In this document: positions 59,153 through 64,000 of the stretch, piece after piece
Layout: the number at the start of each line of letters is the position of its first letter
Position numbering within the stretch: position 1 is the stretch's first letter
Origin: Desulfomonilia bacterium
GTDB taxonomy: Bacteria > Desulfobacterota > Desulfomonilia > UBA1062
Direction of reading: 5' to 3'
Assembly: GCA_963664325.2 (NCBI GenBank)
Contig: CAXXDQ010000004.1
Span: 640,001-704,000 of the forward strand
Length of the DNA stretch: 64,000 bases
The notes under the pieces: generated by a model
Databases searched by the model: none
What the model was told of the DNA's origin: nothing
What the model saw: only the letters and a program-made list of their open reading frames with translations
Program-made: the position numbers and the translations under genes

Positions 59153-60232
59153 TTAACACGGCTCCTGCTTGCTGTGAGGGATGAACATTTCGCTGAAAAG
59201 CCTTAGAAAACCAGTATCAGTAAGTCCGGCGATATAGTCTCTAGAAATCTCCGCAGGCTTAAGGCCTTCCGTATAACCCTTTTCGATTCGGGAAATGAAT
59301 TTGGCAACGACAGGGGAATAGTCATTCCCCTTTTCGATATCGCTGACCAGCCTTTCAAAAACAAGATTGTACATGCCCCCGATCTTTTCCGATTCCGCTT
59401 TTACACGGGGATTCAGATAGATATTTTCATAGTTGAATTCTTTAAGGGCCTTTAGTGCGGAAAAAACCTCGGGTGAGTAATAAATCTTTTCGGGTGATGA
59501 GTTTTCAATTAAATCCTCTACAAGGCTGTAGACTATCTTACCGTTTGTGTCGCCGAGAATGGAAGCTGATTCTTTGGGGATATCACGCCGGGAGATGATG
59601 CCAAGCAATATGGCGTCCTCGATATCGCGCCCTATATAGCTTACCGTATCGACAAAACGCACAAGACAGCCTTCCATTGTTGACGGTTTCGGGATTTTTC
59701 CTTCAAGGCAGGCCCTGATTTTATTGTCCAGTTCACTAAAGGAGACGGCATTGTCAGGCCTGATGCCTTGTTCCGTGGTTTCCCCGTTATGGCAAAGGAT
59801 ACCGTCTAGAACGGCCAGGGACAGGTTCAGGCCTTTTCCTTTTTTCTCTATGCGCTCAAGTGTCCATACTCCCTGCACATTATGCGCGAACAAGCCGATT
59901 CCTGCCATACGGCAGAGCCTGTCAAGGTAGTGTTCTCCGTCATGGCCGAAAGGCGGATGGCCTATGTCATGCCCTATGGCTATGGCTTCTATCAGGTCAT
60001 CATTAAGGCCCAGTCTCCTGCCTATTGTACGCGCTATCCGCGAAAGGAGCTGCACGTGTATCACCCTGTGGGAGATGCCCTGATGGCCGATAAGGGAAAA
60101 AACCTGTGTCTTGTCGATATAGGACGTATATGCAGCCGAATGCAGGATGCGATCGCAGTCAATGGAGAAGACATCCCGCATATCTTTTCTAAGGTCTTCA
60201 GGATGCCTTCTTGAAGTTAATAATTGTTTCAT
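59153..60232 (-). CDS. dGTP triphosphohydrolase-like HD-domain protein
   Basis: DCDRILHS, KTQVF, HDIGHPPFGHDGE, DIEDA, DYIAGLTD; start refined to ATG 60232. Confidence 0.9.
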   Translation of the reverse strand: MKQLLTSRRHPEDLRKDMRDVFSIDCDRILHSAAYTSYIDKTQVFSLIGHQGISHRVIHVQLLSRIARTIGRRLGLNDDLIEAIAIGHDIGHPPFGHDGEHYLDRLCRMAGIGLFAHNVQGVWTLERIEKKGKGLNLSLAVLDGILCHNGETTEQGIRPDNAVSFSELDNKIRACLEGKIPKPSTMEGCLVRFVDTVSYIGRDIEDAILLGIISRRDIPKESASILGDTNGKIVYSLVEDLIENSSPEKIYYSPEVFSALKALKEFNYENIYLNPRVKAESEKIGGMYNLVFERLVSDIEKGNDYSPVVAKFISRIEKGYTEGLKPAEISRDYIAGLTDTGFLRLFSEMFIPHSKQEPC

Positions 60233-60238
60233 ATGAAT

Positions 60239-60385
60239 TAGTGGTGAGTGGTAAGTGGTGAGTGGTGAGAATAAATAAGAGAAAAAAGTATGATTTTTCT
60301 GCCCCTTTTGCTGGAGGAGCAAAACAGGAAACATGATAAATCGTGGGAAACTTGTTTTATCTCACCACTCACCACTCACCACTTA
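60239..60385. repeat. Inverted pair of heptamer (AGTGGTG)n arrays
   Basis: About 4 units at 60240-60270 and about 3.5 reverse-complement units at 60360-60385. Confidence 0.8.
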
Positions 60386-60393
60386 TAACTGTT

Positions 60394-62460
60394 TTATGTA
60401 GCTATAGCTGAAAATTTCGCCACCCTTGAGAACATGGAAACGATGTTTTTAAGAAGAGCCAGCCTGTTGGCGCGGATATGCATATCCTCGGCCATTACGA
60501 GCACCTTGTCGAAAAATGCGTCTATCGGGTCTTTCATCCCTGCAAGAAGCTTTAAGGCTTCGGCATACTCTCCTTTTCCCGCATAAGTCACAAAAGGCTT
60601 TTCTACCGACTTGAATGCCTTGTAGAGTTCAATTTCCGGCTCCTGCGCGAACAGACTTTCCTGGATGTCGTCTCCGGCATCGGCCTTTTTCAGGATATTT
60701 TCAACGCGCTTGGATGCGGTGCAGATAGAGGCGAGCCACTCTTCGTTTTTGATTGCGGAAATTGCATCAGCCCTTTTGAAGGTGTCAACCGGGTCATCGA
60801 ATGAACCGGTGACCGATTCGATAACATCGCCCGTGATCCCCTTTGACTGCAATATGCCGGTAAATCTCTGGCGGAAATATTCCAGGACTTCTGATCTGAC
60901 ATCGGAGGCGGGTTTTTTGATTTTTGAACCCAGGGATTCAACAGCCTTGTCTATCATTTCAGTGATCGATATCCTGTAGCCCTTGCCCAGGATTATGTTT
61001 TCAATGGCAATAGTCTGCCTTCTAAGGGCATAGGGGTCGGATGTACCCGTGGGGGGCATGCCGATTCCGAAACAACCGCATATGGTATCTATCCTGTCGG
61101 CAATACCGGTAATATCGCCTACCGCACCCGACGGAAGTGTGTCATCGGCTGATGCGGGCAGGTAATGCTCGCTGATTGCATCGGCCACCTCGGGATCAAC
61201 CCCCTGGAGCAGGGCATATTCCCGGCCCATGATACCCTGGAGTTCCGGGAACTCATATACCATCAGGCTGTTCAGGTCACCCTTGCATAGAGAGCAGGCG
61301 AGCCTGACCTTGTCCGTTTTTTCAGGCGAGAGCCGGCCTGACAGCCAAAGGGCATTTTCCGTGAAGCGCTCGACCTTGTCCAGGCATGTACCGAGGTCTT
61401 TATGATAAATCACATCCTTCAGTCTGGCTGCGTATTCGGCAAGAGGTGTTTTCTTGTCCTGCTCGAAAAAGTAGTTGCCGTCATCGAGTCTTGCCTTCAA
61501 GACACGCTCATTCCCGGCGCATACAACCGTATCGTCTTTGGGCACGATGTTGCATATCGTTAAAAAGAACGGCTTGAGTTTTTTCCCCTTTTCATCGGCA
61601 TACATGGGAAAATAGCGCTGATGATGCTTCATAACCGTCACAGGGACTTCTTTCGGGAGTTTTAAAAATTCATCCCTGAAGGCCCCGACAATCACATGAG
61701 GCCATTCGACCAGGTTGACCACCTCATCAAGCAACTCCCTGTCAAGCACGTAACCGCCATTTTCTTTTGCCGCTTTTATGAGGCCCGTCCAGATGAGTTC
61801 CTTTCTCGTGTCAATTCCGGGGACAACGAAAACTTTCTCCAGGATATCCTCATAATCGGATGGACTGTTCACCTTTACCGCTCCCGGCGCCATGAAGCGG
61901 TTGCCGTGCGTAAGGTTGTCCGATTTAAGGTTTCCGAATTCTACATTCAGAACACGGTTTCCATAAATTGCCAGTATCCAGTGAACAGGTCGGGCAAATG
62001 TTACGCCGGGATTTGACCACTTCATGTTTTTGGGAAACGGAATCTTCACCATGAGTTCGGTAAAAAAACCTTGCAGGAATTCCGTGGCCGGTCTGCCAGG
62101 GATTGTCCTGGTCAGGCTCAGGTAGACGCCTTTTTCAGTCTCGGCAAAACCTACTTCAGATATATCCACACCAAGATTTTTTGCAAAACCGAGGCCTGCC
62201 TTTGTCGGTTTTCCATCTTTGTCAAAGGCCGCGTTCTTCGGAGGGCCCATTTTTGTTTCGGTAATATCGTCAAGCTTTTCAGGAACATTCTTGATTCTTA
62301 TTGCAAGCCTTCTGGGCGTGCCGAAAACATCTATTCCGCCGCTATTTAGCCTGACCTCTGCAAATGCCTTTTCGGTGTATGCCTTCATATATTCGAGTGC
62401 AGGGACGACAAATCCCGCGGGTAACTCTTCTGAACCTATTTCAAAGAGAACATCGGCCAT
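60394..62460 (-). CDS. glyS: Glycine--tRNA ligase beta subunit
   Basis: LFEIGSEELP, TPRRL, FARPVHW, GNERVLKARL, EFPELQGIMG, DPYALRR, NRLALL. Confidence 0.97.
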   Translation of the reverse strand: MADVLFEIGSEELPAGFVVPALEYMKAYTEKAFAEVRLNSGGIDVFGTPRRLAIRIKNVPEKLDDITETKMGPPKNAAFDKDGKPTKAGLGFAKNLGVDISEVGFAETEKGVYLSLTRTIPGRPATEFLQGFFTELMVKIPFPKNMKWSNPGVTFARPVHWILAIYGNRVLNVEFGNLKSDNLTHGNRFMAPGAVKVNSPSDYEDILEKVFVVPGIDTRKELIWTGLIKAAKENGGYVLDRELLDEVVNLVEWPHVIVGAFRDEFLKLPKEVPVTVMKHHQRYFPMYADEKGKKLKPFFLTICNIVPKDDTVVCAGNERVLKARLDDGNYFFEQDKKTPLAEYAARLKDVIYHKDLGTCLDKVERFTENALWLSGRLSPEKTDKVRLACSLCKGDLNSLMVYEFPELQGIMGREYALLQGVDPEVADAISEHYLPASADDTLPSGAVGDITGIADRIDTICGCFGIGMPPTGTSDPYALRRQTIAIENIILGKGYRISITEMIDKAVESLGSKIKKPASDVRSEVLEYFRQRFTGILQSKGITGDVIESVTGSFDDPVDTFKRADAISAIKNEEWLASICTASKRVENILKKADAGDDIQESLFAQEPEIELYKAFKSVEKPFVTYAGKGEYAEALKLLAGMKDPIDAFFDKVLVMAEDMHIRANRLALLKNIVSMFSRVAKFSAIAT

Positions 62461-62462
62461 TG

Positions 62463-63314
62463 CTAACCTTCCTTCCTGCCGGCAAGATAAAGTGTTGCAG
62501 CCAGCTTGGCCAGTTCGCGCACCCTTGCAATATAGGTCGTACGTTCGGTTGTGCTGATTGCATTCCTGGCATTAAGCAGATTGAAAATATGCGAACACTT
62601 GAGGCACATGTCATAAACCGGCAGCGCCAGGCCCCTTTCCGCGGCAACTCGCTTTCCTTCTTCCTCGTACATCGAGAACTGCTTGAGCAGCATGGGGACG
62701 CTTGCCACCTCGAAATTATAGATGGACCATTCAACCTCTGAACGGTGGTGGACATATCCGTAAGTGATATCATTCTTCCATTTCATGTCATAGACCGAGT
62801 TGGTGCCCTGAATGCAGGATGATATGCGTTCGAGCCCGTAAGTAATCTCTGCACATATGGGATCAAGCTCTATTCCGCCCACCTGCTGGAAATATGTGAA
62901 TTGGGTGATCTCCTGGCCGTCCATCCATACTTCCCAGCCCAGACCCCATGCACCGAGTGTCGGAGACTCCCAGTCATCCTCGACAAAACGGATTTCATGT
63001 TCCAAAGGGTCGATTCCCAGGTGCTTCAGGCTCGCCAGGTAGACCTCCAACACATCGATCGGCGAAGGTTTTAGAATTACCTGGTACTGGTAATAGTGCT
63101 GAAGCCTGTTCGGGTTTTCGCCATAGCGCCCGTCCGTTGGCCTGCGCGAAGGCTCGACATAAGCAACTTTCCAGGGGTCAGGCCCTAGAGCCCTCAGAAA
63201 AGTATGGGGATTGAAAGTCCCCGCCCCTACCTCCAGGTCATAGGGCTGGCCGATAAGACAGCCGTAATCCGACCAGAAGGCCTCCAGTTTCATTATCATG
63301 TCTTGAAAGTCCAT
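62463..63314 (-). CDS. glyQ: Glycine--tRNA ligase alpha subunit
   Basis: [39 protein letters not shown]; start refined to 63314. Confidence 0.97.
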   Translation of the reverse strand: MDFQDMIMKLEAFWSDYGCLIGQPYDLEVGAGTFNPHTFLRALGPDPWKVAYVEPSRRPTDGRYGENPNRLQHYYQYQVILKPSPIDVLEVYLASLKHLGIDPLEHEIRFVEDDWESPTLGAWGLGWEVWMDGQEITQFTYFQQVGGIELDPICAEITYGLERISSCIQGTNSVYDMKWKNDITYGYVHHRSEVEWSIYNFEVASVPMLLKQFSMYEEEGKRVAAERGLALPVYDMCLKCSHIFNLLNARNAISTTERTTYIARVRELAKLAATLYLAGRKEG

Positions 63315-63423
63315 AAAATTGTTCCTATCACCCATAGGTTGGACGGTCAAGAAACTTGGCAGGGACCTTGCTGGAAAAAGGCTTGACACTATTAAACCTA
63401 TTGGATATTGAACCCAACAAGAC

Positions 63424-63496
63424 GGGCCCTTAGCTCAATTGGTAGAGCCACCGGCTCATAACCGGTAGGTCCCTGGTTCGATTCCAGGAGGGCCCA
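63424..63496 (+). tRNA. tRNA with CAT anticodon, most likely tRNA-Ile2 (lysidine)
   Basis: Cloverleaf GGGCCCT/AGGGCCC, anticodon loop CT-CAT-AA, TTCGA T-loop, A73; CCA not encoded; TTGACA at 63383 upstream. Confidence 0.9.
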
Positions 63497-63550
63497 TTAT
63501 ACAAAAGGAATTAATGGTGAAATCGTTAGTCATTATTAGAGAGACAAATA

Positions 63551-63586
63551 TAAAAGGGGTGCATTTGATGCACCCCTTTTATTTTT
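63551..63586 (+). terminator. Rho-independent terminator after the tRNA
   Basis: TAAAAGGGGTGCAT-TTG-ATGCACCCCTTTTA followed by a T-run. Confidence 0.85.
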
Positions 63587-63593
63587 CTGTCCT

Positions 63594-64000
63594 ATGAAGC
63601 TGCTGGATGTTCTCTCATTGCTGAACAGCATTGCGCCTTTTGAGCTTGCAGAAAAATGGGACAATGTTGGATTGCTTGTAGGAGATGCTGATCAGGAAAT
63701 AAAAACGGCCGTCATTTCCCTTGATCCCGGTTTCGATGTTATCAAAAAGGCCGAGGAGGAAGGCTGTGATCTGATCATCACCCATCACCCCCTGTTTATC
63801 GAGCCTATAAAAAACCTGAACCTGAATAACGCCACCGCGTTGAAGGCCAGCATGCTTTTAAAAGCGGGCATTTCCATGATTGCCATGCATACAAACCTTG
63901 ATATGGTTGATGGAGGTGTTGCCGATGTACTTGCACAGACACTTGGTCTTTCCGGTATAGAATCAAAAGGTCTGTTCAGGACAGGAACGATCAGTCCGGT
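63594..64000 (+). CDS. Nif3-like dinuclear metal centre protein (partial)
   Basis: IAPFELAEKWDNVGLLVGD, ITHHPL, MHTNLD; runs off the window. Confidence 0.92.
   Translation, partial: MKLLDVLSLLNSIAPFELAEKWDNVGLLVGDADQEIKTAVISLDPGFDVIKKAEEEGCDLIITHHPLFIEPIKNLNLNNATALKASMLLKAGISMIAMHTNLDMVDGGVADVLAQTLGLSGIESKGLFRTGTISP

Noticed and set aside
63424-63496. tRNA as Met or as an island integration site
   Set aside because: No fMet features (no C1:A72 mismatch, no three G-C anticodon pairs); the acceptor stem fits Ile2. No duplicated tRNA 3' end was found in the window.

Overview
Bacterial chromosomal window, probably from an anaerobic Desulfobacterota/deltaproteobacterium-like organism (inferred from gene content). 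Housekeeping genes include panC, cstA, metX/metW, nifU-like, cysE, an M16 peptidase pair, an AsmA-like gene, a dGTPase-like HD protein, glyQS, tRNA-Ile2(CAT) and nif3. These surround an accessory-rich zone at about 14-50 kb. Main results not visible in the ORF track: (1) two probable selenoprotein genes, each with an in-frame TGA followed by a SECIS-like hairpin: a Cys-free BCP/PrxQ peroxiredoxin (13768-14226, minus) and an exported DUF1573-like Ig-fold protein with a vicinal Cys-Sec 'HCUG' motif (48659-49360), next to a PpiC foldase; (2) three consecutive metabolic cargo blocks, each bracketed by direct, mosaic copies of a host gene (lipoprotein, GPH transporter, uxaC 3' end), with no integrase in the window; (3) two integron gene cassettes with attC sites and no integrase; (4) several uncharacterised pathways: an amino-sugar-glycoside-like catabolic operon, a GlpD/alkyl-DHAP-synthase-like/FGGY cluster, a beta-glucuronide locus, and an HdrC-B-A plus fused C/B cluster followed by two PLP enzymes. 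All calls come from reading the sequence and motifs by eye; no database searches were run.
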